Shown here piece by piece: positions 41,470 through 52,034 of a stretch of 64,000 nt of DNA. The translations under genes were made by a program, and so were the position numbers. The stretch is from Alphaproteobacteria bacterium (GTDB lineage Bacteria; Pseudomonadota; Alphaproteobacteria; GCA-2731375): NCBI GenBank assembly GCA_965225945.1, contig CBDDBZ010000026.1, positions 64,001-128,000 of the forward strand, written 5' to 3'. Within the stretch, counting starts at the first letter, position 1. Every line of letters starts with the position of its first letter. The notes under the pieces are model-generated. The model saw nothing but the letters and a program-made list of their open reading frames with translations, did no database searches and had not been told where the DNA came from.

Positions 41470-42809
41470 GCTTGTGTGGCGTGAGGTCTGGAAATTTGGC
41501 TTCGCCCCGCGCCGGGGTATACCCCGGCGCGGGGCGATCCGTCATTTTGGTTATCCATGAAAGCGTCCAAACAAACATGGAGAACCAGTATGCGGAAAGA
41601 CCAGGATAGCGCTGTCGAGGCTTTGGTGGAACAATTGATCGAAGGCGGTAGCGAGAACATGGCGACGGTCTTCGCCGGCCTTTTCAATCTCGCCATGCGG
41701 ATCGAGCGGGAGAGGTTCTTGGGCGCCGGCCACTATGAGCGCACGCCCGAGCGGCGGGGATACGCCAACGGCACCAGACCCAAGAAGATCGACACCCCGG
41801 CCGGTACGGTGAGGCTCGAGGTTCCCAAGACCGCCGGTCATGAGGCGCCTTTTTACCCCCAAGCCCTGGAGCGCGGACGGCGCTCCTGCCGCGCTGTCAT
41901 GCTGGCCGTGGCGGAGATGTATATCAAAGGCGTCTCCACCCGTGACGCCGAGGCGGTGATGCGCGAGTTCGGCCTGGAGAGCCTGTCGTCGAGCCAGGTC
42001 AGCCGCGCCGCCAAGCTCTTGGATGGGGAGCTGGATGCCTGGCGCAACCGGCCGCTGGGCGAGATCCGCTACCTGCTCCTCGACGCGCGCTATGAGAAAG
42101 TCCGAGAGGGTGGCGTGGTGCGCGACGCCGCCGTGCTCTCGGTGATCGGCATCGGCCCCGACCAGCGCCGCCGGGTGCTCGGTGTTTCCTGTGCGCTCTC
42201 CGAGGCCGAAGTGCACTGGCGCGCCTTCCTGGAGACCCTGGTTGCCCGTGGCATGCGCGGTGTCGCCTATATCGTTTCCGATGATCATCCAGGCCTCGGC
42301 GCCGCGCGCAAGGCCGTCCTCGGCGGCGCCGTCTGGCAGCGCTGTCAGTACCATCTGGCTCAAAACGCCATCCATCACGCCCCCAACCTCGCCATCCGAA
42401 AGGCCATCGGCAAGGAGCTGCGCCGGGTCTGGAACGCCGCCGACGGCAAGGCCGCCGAGGCCGAGCTGGGCCATCTGGTGGCGGCCTACCGCGATAGCGC
42501 CCCCAAGCTCGCCGATTGGCTGGAGACGGCGATCCCCGAGGGCCTCGCCGTCTTCGCCCTGCCCGAGCGCCACCAAAAGCGCATGCGAACCTCGAACCCC
42601 ATGGAGCGATCCATCCAGCAGGAGATCAAGCGCCGCACCGTAAAGGTCAGGGTCTTTCCCAACGAGGCCTCGCTCGAACGTCTGGTCACCGCCATCCTCG
42701 TCGAAATCGACGAGAAATGGGAAACCACCGAAAAACCCTACATCACTTGGAAAGCAGAGGATGACTGATCAACGGCGTTCCGAATTTCCACACATCAGGT
42801 TGCTCAATC
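41470..42809 (+). mobile_element. IS256-family element type 1, copy B (transposase 41557-42768, intact)
   Basis: 8-bp TSD TGCTTTGA at 41462-41469 and 42810-42817; motifs LLDARYE, QRCQYH and RTSNPMER. Confidence 0.93.
41502..41537. repeat. Perfect 36-bp palindrome in the IS256 leader (also 29458-29493)
   Basis: TCGCCCCGCGCCGGGGTATACCCCGGCGCGGGGCGA. Confidence 0.95.
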
Positions 42810-42937
42810 TGCTTTGACCGTCGGTCATGGAAGGCTCGCGTCCGCCGCGACTGTTCACGTCTCAAGGTGACAAACTATACCGGATGGCACCGGCTTCACA
42901 ACCGAGTAACGCCTTTGGCCATAAACCCCGAGCGCCC

Positions 42938-43006
42938 CGCGTCCAGCGCATGGCTGGCGCGCGTCCAGCGCATGGCTGGCGCGCGCCCGGCGCATGGCTG
43001 GCGCGC
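42938..43006. repeat. Three tandem ~22-bp repeats
   Basis: Unit CGCGCGTCCAGCGCATGGCTGG; the third copy has 2 changes. Confidence 0.85.
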
Positions 43007-43105
43007 AGCCGTGAGTGATCCTGGTCACTTTCCATAACACTTTATCAATCTCATATCTTTACCATGGCGGATTGGTTCCGTCATTGAGCAACGAAGGAGG
43101 AAGTC

Positions 43106-43405
43106 ATGTTGCGAACATTCGGTATCATCGCGGCGGTCTTCACGACCTTCGCGATTGCGACGCCGACGCTGGCGCAGACCATTTGTGGCGAAAGAACCCG
43201 CTTCATCGAGCGCTTGGATCAGCGATACCGGGAAGCTCCGGCGGCGCTCGGCATGATCGACAACGGCAGTGTCCTGGAGCTGCTCACCTCTTCGAACGGT
43301 ACCTGGACGATCCTGGTGACGGCGCCGAACGGCAAGACCTGCATGGTGGCCAGCGGCGAGAACTGGGAAACCTTGCCGAAGTTGGCGAGGGGCCCGGCCG
43401 CCTGA
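43106..43405 (+). CDS. Small secreted conserved hypothetical protein
   Basis: GAAGGAGG ribosome-binding site, signal peptide, and C...Y.E...G...GTWTIL...G..C..ASGENW pattern. Confidence 0.75.
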   Translation: MLRTFGIIAAVFTTFAIATPTLAQTICGERTRFIERLDQRYREAPAALGMIDNGSVLELLTSSNGTWTILVTAPNGKTCMVASGENWETLPKLARGPAA

Positions 43406-43613
43406 GCGATACCGCTCGCGGCGATCGGTAGCCCGACAGCGCGTCGTCGTCGATCCCCACGGCGACGCCCGAGGCGTTCGCGCTGGCCTCGGTTTCCTTT
43501 TTCCAGGATTAATTCGGCCAAATCCACCTTCGAGGCGGCTCGGCGGGCGGATTTGCTGTTTTTGTTCGACAAAGACCTGAAACCGCGGCCCCAGGGCGAC
43601 TTGAGGGCGAGAG

Positions 43614-43752
43614 TTGCCCATGGACCCTGGTGAGGGGAACCGCCGGCGGAACGGTGAGGGTATCCGGAGCGACCCGTAATCCGACGGCAGCCCTAGGCAA
43701 GGTTCCGGCCCGACGAACCGGAGTCGCTCGGCAGGCGTCCACATCCGGGCGA
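43614..43752. ncRNA. Candidate structured RNA (unassigned)
   Basis: Nested complementary segments found by hand folding in an intergenic region with no credible ORF. Confidence 0.4.
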
Positions 43753-43786
43753 GGAGGCCGGCCTCGGAGACTTTCAAATCAGCCTC

Positions 43787-44643
<857 letters not shown>

Positions 44644-44647
<4 letters not shown>

Positions 44648-45066
44648 GGCATGAGCCCGCGCTTGTGCTCCGTGACCTGGACCTGGGCCGGGCGGAAGCC
44701 CGCCTTCAGCACCGGGATCGCCTTGAAGGGGTCGCACTCGCCGCAGACGAAGACATCGAGCGCGGCATAGCCGATCTCGGGCCAGGTGTGGATGCTCAAA
44801 TGCGATTCCGCCAACACCGCAACGCCGGAGACACCGTCGTTCTCGCTGAATTGGTGCAGTTCGATTCTGACGATGGTCGCCCCCATCGCCTCGACCGAGA
44901 GCCTCAGCGTCGCCTCGACATGGGCCAGATCGTCCAGCCGCTCCGCCCGCCAGAAATCGATCAGCAGATGGGCACCGGCGTAACACAAGCCGTCCTTGTG
45001 AACGAGGTGCGAGGTCGCCGGATCGACGCGGCTGCCCGGAACGAGGTTGAGCGCTCTCTTGGTCAT
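44644..45066 (-). CDS. speD: S-adenosylmethionine decarboxylase proenzyme
   Basis: GVSGVAVLAESHLSIHTWPE pyruvoyl cleavage motif; overlaps the speE start. Confidence 0.93.
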
Positions 45067-45283
45067 CACCGGACCCCCCATGGTGGCGAAACGACGATTG
45101 AGCCCACAGGCCAGGTTCGGTTGCCGCCGGTCGTTGTCTGGGGCAAACGAGGGCGCGATAGTTGACGGAATCGGCCTCGACAATCAAGCGGAAAAATTGC
45201 CAAAAAACACGACGCCTCGGGCGCGCAGGATCCGCGTCGCCGCGCAAGCCCTCCGCCCCGGCGCCCGAGCCGGCCGGGCACCG

Positions 45284-45661
45284 CTAGAGCTGTTTTACCA
45301 ATTGCGGTTTTCGTCGTTCGAGGACCGCCAGCGCCGCCTCCAACGAGGGCATGGCGTCGAGCATCCGCTCGCCGACGCTAATCTGGTAACGCTCGTCTCG
45401 GCGCCCGGCGCCTGGCCGCTTGGCGAGGCGGAAGATCGGCATCGCCGAGGCATTGCCGTAGACGGCGAAGACGGCGCCCGTCTCGTCGCCGCTGATGGCG
45501 TAGTCGCGCCATTCGCCGGCCATCACCTTGCGGCTATATAGCTGTAAGATCTTGTGCAGTTCGCGGCGGTCGAAGAAACCCGCCTCCCCCTGGAAGGGCC
45601 TGCCGCCGGGACGGGGTGAATCCCGACGACGCACCCGCTCGAACGTTAGTACGTCACCCAT
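45284..45661 (-). CDS. DUF2794 family protein
   Basis: FDRRELHKILQLYSRKVMAGEWRDYAI. Confidence 0.85.
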   Translation of the reverse strand: MGDVLTFERVRRRDSPRPGGRPFQGEAGFFDRRELHKILQLYSRKVMAGEWRDYAISGDETGAVFAVYGNASAMPIFRLAKRPGAGRRDERYQISVGERMLDAMPSLEAALAVLERRKPQLVKQL

Positions 45662-45986
45662 GGTGCTTGGTACGTCCCTCGCTTTCCCTCGAGCTTCATT
45701 CGCATCGTCGCCCTACTCGTCGTCGCCTAGTCGATTTCGCCGCCCCGGACGGGGCGCGATCCGGCGGCCTCGCAGATCGCCGAGGCGGTAGCATTCTGTC
45801 ACGCGTCTCGGGCGCCCGACAAGCCTAAATCGGCGCGCGCCTTCGAGCGGATGCGACGGCATCGAAACGAATCCGAACTCCATGTCGTCCTCCCTCGACA
45901 TTATAGGCCCGGGGTCGTGGCGCGCCCGTCGCCCGGATCGTGGGCTGAGGCCCACGCCCAGTGTAAAACGCTCTCGGATTCGAAAA

Positions 45987-46283
45987 CTACTCGACGCCCT
46001 CGATCAGGTAGCCGTTGCCGGTCGAGGCCGCGAGGCGCAGCGCCAAGGGGCCGGCATAGTCCTCGGAAGTGTACCAGGCCTTGGCCACCTCGTAGCTCGG
46101 GAAGCGGAGGATGACGTTCACGGACTTGGGCGCCTCGCCCTCCACGCACTCGAGGCGGCTACCGCGAGCGATCACTTCGCCGCCATATTTCGCCACCGTC
46201 GGACCGACGACGCCGCGGTAGGCTTGAAACTTCTCGGCGTCGTGAATGTCCAGCGTCACGACGAAATAACCTGGGGCCGCCAT
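45987..46283 (-). CDS. DUF1330 family protein
   Basis: YGGEVIARG...EG...FPS...AKAWYTSEDY. Confidence 0.85.
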   Translation of the reverse strand: MAAPGYFVVTLDIHDAEKFQAYRGVVGPTVAKYGGEVIARGSRLECVEGEAPKSVNVILRFPSYEVAKAWYTSEDYAGPLALRLAASTGNGYLIEGVE

Positions 46284-46324
46284 GGGGTCACTCCTTCTTT
46301 GAAATTCGTCTCTCGGCAAGGATT

Positions 46325-48451
46325 CTACGCGTCCTCGCCCTCGCCCTCCGGCGCCTGGCTGAAGTGGGCCCAGGTCTCGCGGCCGCCACGATTGTTGATG
46401 ACGTTGATCAGCGCCGCCACCGGTCTGGGATCGAAGCGCAGGCCGCTCTCGGCCATGAACTCGGCCGCCGCTTCGTCGAAGCCGAGCGCGTCGCGCCAGG
46501 CCCTCGGGCTCACCATCCCGACGAAGGCGTTGGCGACGGCGATGAGGCGGGCGCCGATCTCGATCGCCTCGCCGTCGATCCCGTCCGGATAGCCGCCGCC
46601 GTCCCAGCGCTCCTGCAGATGGCGCAGCGTCGGCGCGATCGGCAGGTCGAAGTCGACCGCCTCCACCATGTCGGCGCAGCCGAGCAGGCTCTGGCGCACC
46701 TGCTCCGCCTCTTCCTCGCTCAACGCCCCGGTCTTGGTCAGGATCTCGGGCGGCACCAGGATCTTGCCGAGGTTCATCAGGTTGCCGGCGATGTCGACGG
46801 TGCGCCGCGTGTCGTCCGGCTCGCCCATCTCGTCGGCGACGGCGGCCGAGACCTCGGCGACCCGTTGCGACTGGTCGGCGGAATAGGGATCGCGCCGGTC
46901 CACCAGGCTCACCAGGGTCCCCACCAGGGCCCGCATGGTGTGTTCGCGCCGTTCGCGCTCCCGCACCACGTCGGTGAGGTCCTGGACGATCATCAGCACG
47001 CCCTCGGGATGGTCGCGATCGGCGCGGAGCGGGATGTGATCGCTCATCACCGTGCGCCAGGTCCCGTCCTCGAACTCGAACTGGTGCACCCGGTTCATCG
47101 ATTCCGACGTATTCAGCACCTGCTCGTTGATCTCCTGGTAGACCTTGGCGCGGATCGGGCCGATCACGCTTCCCATGGTCTTGTCCAGCATCTCGCCATG
47201 CGTGATCCCGGTGCCTTCGGCCGCCTTTTCGTTGGCGAAGAAATAGCGCCCCTCCCGGGTCACCGCGCTCACCGCCGTCGGCTGGCCGTCACTCACCACG
47301 CGAAGGAACTTGGAGAAATTCTCCAGCCGTTCGTTGGCGATGCGGTAGCGTCGGGCCGCCTGGGCGGCGCGGACCGAGGTGCCGTGACGCCAGACCGCGA
47401 CGATGGCGATCGCGACGCCGACGATCACCAGGATGAAGACGGTGAGCAGGGTGGTACGCCGCCGGTCGGTCTCGGCCAGCGCTTCCGCGCGGTCGATCTT
47501 GCGCACCAGGAACCAGGGGGCTTCCGCGATTGAGCGGCCGGTGACCAGCACTTCCGTGGTCTTGTAGTCGCGGCGGCGCTCGGCGAAGCCGCCCGGCTTC
47601 TCCATGACGAAGCCGGCGGCCAGCTCCGCCGTGTCGAGTGCCAGGCGCCGCTTCAACGGCGCCGTGCCGTCGGCCAAGGGCGAGAGATATTCGACCGTCG
47701 CCTCGACCTTGCGCACCAGGTAGCTTTCGGCCGTCGCCGCCGTCTCGCCCGGCTGTTTCAGGCGATCGAAGAGTTCCTCGTCGACGAGGCGGACGCCGAT
47801 GACGAAGCCGATGCCGTCGCTGCCGCCGGCATCCGCCTGGACACCGTAGACCGGCGCCACGAAGCCGATGGTGGGCGCGCCGCCGGCGCCCGCGAAAATA
47901 TCGATCAGGGCCGGCGCGCCCTCCGCCGCCTGGTTCATCGCCCGGCGAATCCGCGCGGTGAGGGGGGGCGCCGCCTGGCTCGCGGCGACCAGATTGCCCT
48001 CGGCGTCGGCCAGCGCGATTCCCGCCTGGCCCGTCGGCTCGATGTTGGCGTTGACCGTCGGCTCCGGCTGCGCCGGCAGGAAGCCGTCGCGCGCCGCCGT
48101 GGCGTCCAGCAGGTTGCGGAGATAGCCGAGCGCCGCCCGCGCATCCGCGCCCTGGCCCTCGCCCAGCGTGAGCTCGGTCATATAGAGCTGGAGCGAGGCG
48201 TTCTCGGCCAGGCTCTCCATGGTGAGGAACTGCTCGTCGAGCCAGCGCGAGACCTCGCGCGCGCGGCTGTCGGCGACGATGGCGAGGCGGATCTGCCATT
48301 GCTGCAGGTCGCGCTCGGCCTCGCCCTCGATGAAGGCGAAGACGATCCAGATGCCGGCGACGACGGCGAGCGCGAGGGCGCCCCCGGCAGCGATGATGAT
48401 GCTCCGCGTGCGCCGGCCGGCGCCTTCTTCCTCGACGCTATCGTTGCTCAT
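46325..48451 (-). CDS. Membrane sensor with periplasmic domain, PAS and degenerate HD-GYP domain
   Basis: Two TM segments, RDPYS and ERWDGGGYPDG. The HD motif is replaced (LMNLGK). Confidence 0.85.
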   Translation of the reverse strand: MSNDSVEEEGAGRRTRSIIIAAGGALALAVVAGIWIVFAFIEGEAERDLQQWQIRLAIVADSRAREVSRWLDEQFLTMESLAENASLQLYMTELTLGEGQGADARAALGYLRNLLDATAARDGFLPAQPEPTVNANIEPTGQAGIALADAEGNLVAASQAAPPLTARIRRAMNQAAEGAPALIDIFAGAGGAPTIGFVAPVYGVQADAGGSDGIGFVIGVRLVDEELFDRLKQPGETAATAESYLVRKVEATVEYLSPLADGTAPLKRRLALDTAELAAGFVMEKPGGFAERRRDYKTTEVLVTGRSIAEAPWFLVRKIDRAEALAETDRRRTTLLTVFILVIVGVAIAIVAVWRHGTSVRAAQAARRYRIANERLENFSKFLRVVSDGQPTAVSAVTREGRYFFANEKAAEGTGITHGEMLDKTMGSVIGPIRAKVYQEINEQVLNTSESMNRVHQFEFEDGTWRTVMSDHIPLRADRDHPEGVLMIVQDLTDVVRERERREHTMRALVGTLVSLVDRRDPYSADQSQRVAEVSAAVADEMGEPDDTRRTVDIAGNLMNLGKILVPPEILTKTGALSEEEAEQVRQSLLGCADMVEAVDFDLPIAPTLRHLQERWDGGGYPDGIDGEAIEIGARLIAVANAFVGMVSPRAWRDALGFDEAAAEFMAESGLRFDPRPVAALINVINNRGGRETWAHFSQAPEGEGEDA

Positions 48452-48668
48452 CGCCGCCCCCGAACCGCCGCCGCCGAAGTATAGGCAGGGGCCCACACCC
48501 AGGCAAACCCACGGGACCGCCACGCGGGGCCGCGATGGCTCGCGCCCCGGGGCCGCATTTTCGCGGTTTCGAAACGGTTGAAAAGCACAGGCGACGCGAA
48601 GCGAAGGACGTTTTCACGGGGAACAAAATAGCCTGTTCAAACGCGGCGGGTGGCAAACACGCCCAGAT

Positions 48669-49502
48669 TCACACCTTGCGTGCCACGAAGTAGGTCGTTT
48701 GCCCGACTTGGCGGCGCTTGGCGTCGTATTCGGCCAAATAGGGCTGGAGGTCGCCCAGGGTGCGGAGTTCGCGGATCTTGGCTTCGGCCGCGGCAATTTC
48801 TTGCTCCGGCGCCAGCGCCCAACTGGAGTCGGCGCCGCGCCACGCCGGCTTCAACGGCCCTTCGGCGTCGAAATAGCTCGCGCCCTGCAAGACGCCGTCC
48901 AACGGCACGAACCGGCCCGTCATGGCGAAGCCGGCATCGTTCAGCATCGCCTCCAGCCGGTCCGCCGAAATGCAACGGTGATGGAGGGCGGCAAGCGCCG
49001 TCGGAATCAGGTGCAGGTACCAGAAACCGTGGCGAAGCTGTTCGTGGCTGGTGCAGTTGACGATGACGAGACCGCCGAAACGAAGCACACGGTGCGCTTC
49101 GCCGAGGGCTCTCAGGTGACCACCAAAATCGCCGTCCTCGCCCGCTTCCAGATGATGAAGCACCTGGTTGAACATCACCGCATCGAAGCATGCCGCCTCG
49201 AAAGGCATATCCTCGACACTGCCATGATGGAAGGCAATGCGAGCCTCGGCGGTGCTGTCCGCGAGCTTCTTACGTGCCACCGCGAGCATCTCGGGATTGA
49301 TGTCCATGGCGTCGATGTGGCCGACATGCGGCAGGACCAACTCCGAATAGGCCCCGGTACCGCAGCCGGCATCGAGCAGCCGGAGTTCGGGGCTTGGTCG
49401 GCCCGAAAGTGCCAGCGCGCCGGTGAGAATCTCGCCGCCGATGGGCACGCGTGTCTTGTCGTAATTTTTCGATATCTCGGAATAGTTCTCGTAGGTGCTC
49501 AT
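48669..49502 (-). CDS. Class I SAM-dependent methyltransferase
   Basis: Motifs LLDAGCGTG, FDAVMFNQVLHHL and EAHRVLR.GG. Confidence 0.88.
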   Translation of the reverse strand: MSTYENYSEISKNYDKTRVPIGGEILTGALALSGRPSPELRLLDAGCGTGAYSELVLPHVGHIDAMDINPEMLAVARKKLADSTAEARIAFHHGSVEDMPFEAACFDAVMFNQVLHHLEAGEDGDFGGHLRALGEAHRVLRFGGLVIVNCTSHEQLRHGFWYLHLIPTALAALHHRCISADRLEAMLNDAGFAMTGRFVPLDGVLQGASYFDAEGPLKPAWRGADSSWALAPEQEIAAAEAKIRELRTLGDLQPYLAEYDAKRRQVGQTTYFVARKV

Positions 49503-49514
49503 GGTGACCACTTT

Positions 49515-49601
49515 GCCCGGGTCCAGGGACTTGTCAATGACGCGCGAAGCGCGCCGGGCTTTGCCCGCTCGAAGATCATTGACGAGGCCCTGGACCCGGG
49601 C
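49515..49601. repeat. 26-bp inverted repeat (MITE/REP-like hairpin)
   Basis: GCCCGGGTCCAGGGACTTGTCAATGA ... TCATTGACGAGGCCCTGGACCCGGGC, 2 mismatches. Confidence 0.85.
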
Positions 49602-49698
49602 GACTCCTCCACCATGAGAGGTAAGGGCGAAACCAAGCGCCTTCCGGTCCACGCAAATCCGCGAAGAACCAAAAAAAGCGCGGCCGGCGAGGCGCCAT

Positions 49699-51021
49699 TC
49701 ATGGCGTTTGCGATGACTTGTCCCGCGCCGCGCGCCGATCCAGACGGCGCAGGCGAAAGGCCAGCAGCCCGGCCTCGGCCGCATAGCCCGCCACCCAGGC
49801 GATCAGGCCGATGACGGCGCCGTTCGCCGCGACGACGACGAGCAAGGTGGCGGAGATCAGCGCCGCCAGGCCGATTCGCGCCGCCCCGCTGGCCGCCATC
49901 ATGGCGGTACTGCGAACCCCGGCCAGCAGTCCCCGGAACAGCGCCGAATAGGCCCAGGCCGCCGACATCAGAAAGCCGAGCTTCAGTGCCGGCGCGCAAT
50001 AGTCCCTGAGTTCGGGGCGCAAGCCCATCACCTCGACCAGCACCAGGTCGTCGAGCGGAGTGTGGAACAGCACCGCGCCGATCAGCCCGAAGAAAGCGAT
50101 CAGGTGAAGCGCGAACGTTTTCAACGCCCGGCGATCGGCGATTGAGCGGACCAGGGTCTGCGCGGTCTGCACCAGATTGCGCATCGGGCTCATGATCAAG
50201 CTCACCAGGCCGTAGACGATGTTGAAGGCGGCCAACGCCAGGTTCGGGTCCGCCAGCGTGCCGAGAAAGATGCTGATCACGGTGACGACGCCCATCTCCG
50301 CCGAGGCGTTCGCCATCAGCGGCCAGGAGAAGCGCCACTGGCGAGGCAAGCTCGGCGGCGCCTCCCCCTCCCCCTCCTCGCCCAGCGGCAGGCGCTGGAA
50401 GAGGCCGCGCGCGAAGCTGAAAGCCACCGCCGACTCACATGCCATGCAGATCAACAGCGCCGCCGCGCCGACCGCCGCGCCCTCCAGGAAATGGGGCAGC
50501 AGAGCAAGCGAGACGGCGAGGGAAGCCAGGCGGGCGAAGCTCGCGATGGTGATGAAGATGGTGCGCCGGTGCATCAGGATGAGGCCGAAGGAGAGCGAGC
50601 GGACGATCAGGATCGGCGCGCTCAGCGACAGCAGGAAGGTCGCCGTCTTGGCCTGCCCGACGACCGCCTCGTCGACGCCGAAGAATCCCCGGAAGACGAG
50701 ATCGCCGAGGCTGGTGAAGGCGATGAATTGCGCGATCACCCATGAGGGGAGCGTGATCAGGACCATGAAGGGAAGCAGCCGGCGGAGCGCCCGGCGGGTC
50801 TTCAGATAGGCGAGCGTCAGCAGCGCGCAGGCCTCGGTGCTGCTGGCCAGCGCGTAATAGAGCGTGAAGGCGACGTGAAAGGCGGCGAGCGTCGCGTTCT
50901 GGTCGGGCGAGCGGGCCAGTGCCGCGTTGATGACCGATTTCGAGATCATGTTGAGCTCGGTCATGAAGATGAGCGGCACGAAGAACCGATAGGCGGTGCG
51001 AAGGGTCACGCTGTCGGTCAT
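49699..51021 (-). CDS. MATE/ANKH-like (MOP superfamily) membrane protein
   Basis: About 12 TM segments with a two-fold internal repeat (RFFVPL...LAAF and RFSWPL...LAAF). Confidence 0.65.
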   Translation of the reverse strand: MTDSVTLRTAYRFFVPLIFMTELNMISKSVINAALARSPDQNATLAAFHVAFTLYYALASSTEACALLTLAYLKTRRALRRLLPFMVLITLPSWVIAQFIAFTSLGDLVFRGFFGVDEAVVGQAKTATFLLSLSAPILIVRSLSFGLILMHRRTIFITIASFARLASLAVSLALLPHFLEGAAVGAAALLICMACESAVAFSFARGLFQRLPLGEEGEGEAPPSLPRQWRFSWPLMANASAEMGVVTVISIFLGTLADPNLALAAFNIVYGLVSLIMSPMRNLVQTAQTLVRSIADRRALKTFALHLIAFFGLIGAVLFHTPLDDLVLVEVMGLRPELRDYCAPALKLGFLMSAAWAYSALFRGLLAGVRSTAMMAASGAARIGLAALISATLLVVVAANGAVIGLIAWVAGYAAEAGLLAFRLRRLDRRAARDKSSQTP

Positions 51022-51106
51022 GAATATCCGCTCGGGGGCGTCGTGCCGAGATTCGCCACGCTTCGCTCGCGATGACGTTTTGTGCCGCTCCGCGCCCCGA
51101 GACGGT

Positions 51107-51700
51107 TCAGAACGGACGCCGGGCCTTCATCGCGGTGGCCAGCGTGCCGTCGTCGAGATAGTCCAGCTCGCCCCCCACCGGCACGCCGTGGGCGAGGCGC
51201 GAGACCTCCACGTCGCAGCCCGCGAGCCGATCGGCGAGGTAATGCGCCGTGGTCTGGCCGTCGACCGTGGCGCCGGTCGCCAGGATCACCTCGCGCACCT
51301 CCGGCGCCGCCGCCCGGGCGACCAGGCCGCCGATCCGAAGCTCCTCCGGCCCCACCCCGTCGAGCGCCGAGAGCGTGCCGCCAAGCACGTGATAGCGGCC
51401 TGGGAAAACACCGGCGCGCTCCAACGCCCAGAGGTCCGCGACCTCCTCCACCACGCAGAGGAGGCTCTCGTCGCGGCTCGGATCGGCGCAGACCGCGCAA
51501 GGGTCGCTGACGTCGAGATTGCCGCACAGGCCGCAGTCGTCGATTCGGCGCGCCGCCTCCGCCAGCGCCTCGGCCAGCGGCAGCATCAAGGCCTCGCGGC
51601 GCTTCAGCAACACCAACACCGCGCGGCGCGCCGAACGCGGACCGAGTCCCGGCAGCCGCGCCAGGAGCTGGATCAATCCTTCGACCTCCGATCCCCTCAT
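51107..51700 (-). CDS. recR: Recombination mediator RecR
   Basis: [12 protein letters not shown]4 zinc finger and [14 protein letters not shown]. Confidence 0.96.
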   Translation of the reverse strand: MRGSEVEGLIQLLARLPGLGPRSARRAVLVLLKRREALMLPLAEALAEAARRIDDCGLCGNLDVSDPCAVCADPSRDESLLCVVEEVADLWALERAGVFPGRYHVLGGTLSALDGVGPEELRIGGLVARAAAPEVREVILATGATVDGQTTAHYLADRLAGCDVEVSRLAHGVPVGGELDYLDDGTLATAMKARRPF

Positions 51701-51710
51701 CGCCCGGGGC

Positions 51711-52034
51711 TCAGAACGGGAGCTTCATGCCCGGCGGCAGTTGCAGGCCGCCGGTAAGCCGGCCCATCTCCTCGGCGAGCTTGGCGTCGAGCCGGCGCTT
51801 GGCCTCGTTGTGGGCCGCCCGCACCAGGTCCTCCAGCATCTCCGCCGAGTCTGGCGCCAGCAGCGTCGGATCGACCGAGAGCGCCCGCATCTCGCCCTTG
51901 CCGTCGAGGGTGACGCGCACCATGTCGCCGCCGGCGCCGCCGCTGACCTCGATTTTGGCCAGCTTGGCCTGCATTTCCTCCATCTTGCCCTGGAGTTCCT
52001 GCGCCTGGCGCAGCATCTGACCGAGATTCTTCAT
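51711..52034 (-). CDS. ybaB: YbaB/EbfC nucleoid-associated protein
   Basis: [15 protein letters not shown]...[12 protein letters not shown]; lies between dnaX and recR. Confidence 0.93.
   Translation of the reverse strand: MKNLGQMLRQAQELQGKMEEMQAKLAKIEVSGGAGGDMVRVTLDGKGEMRALSVDPTLLAPDSAEMLEDLVRAAHNEAKRRLDAKLAEEMGRLTGGLQLPPGMKLPF

Larger units (their letters stand above)
38432..42828 (-). pseudogene. HerA/DUF87-family ATPase interrupted by two IS256 elements
   Basis: Rejoins in frame as MTDGQSTIGNVV...YEGGGGDRIRIG...GSSGSGKS...CEEAHRY...KEGRKYG...SQRPSEL. Confidence 0.88.

Noticed and set aside
42938-43006. CRISPR-like array
   Set aside because: The repeats are contiguous with no unique spacers, and there are no cas genes. 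The same applies to 20101-20147.
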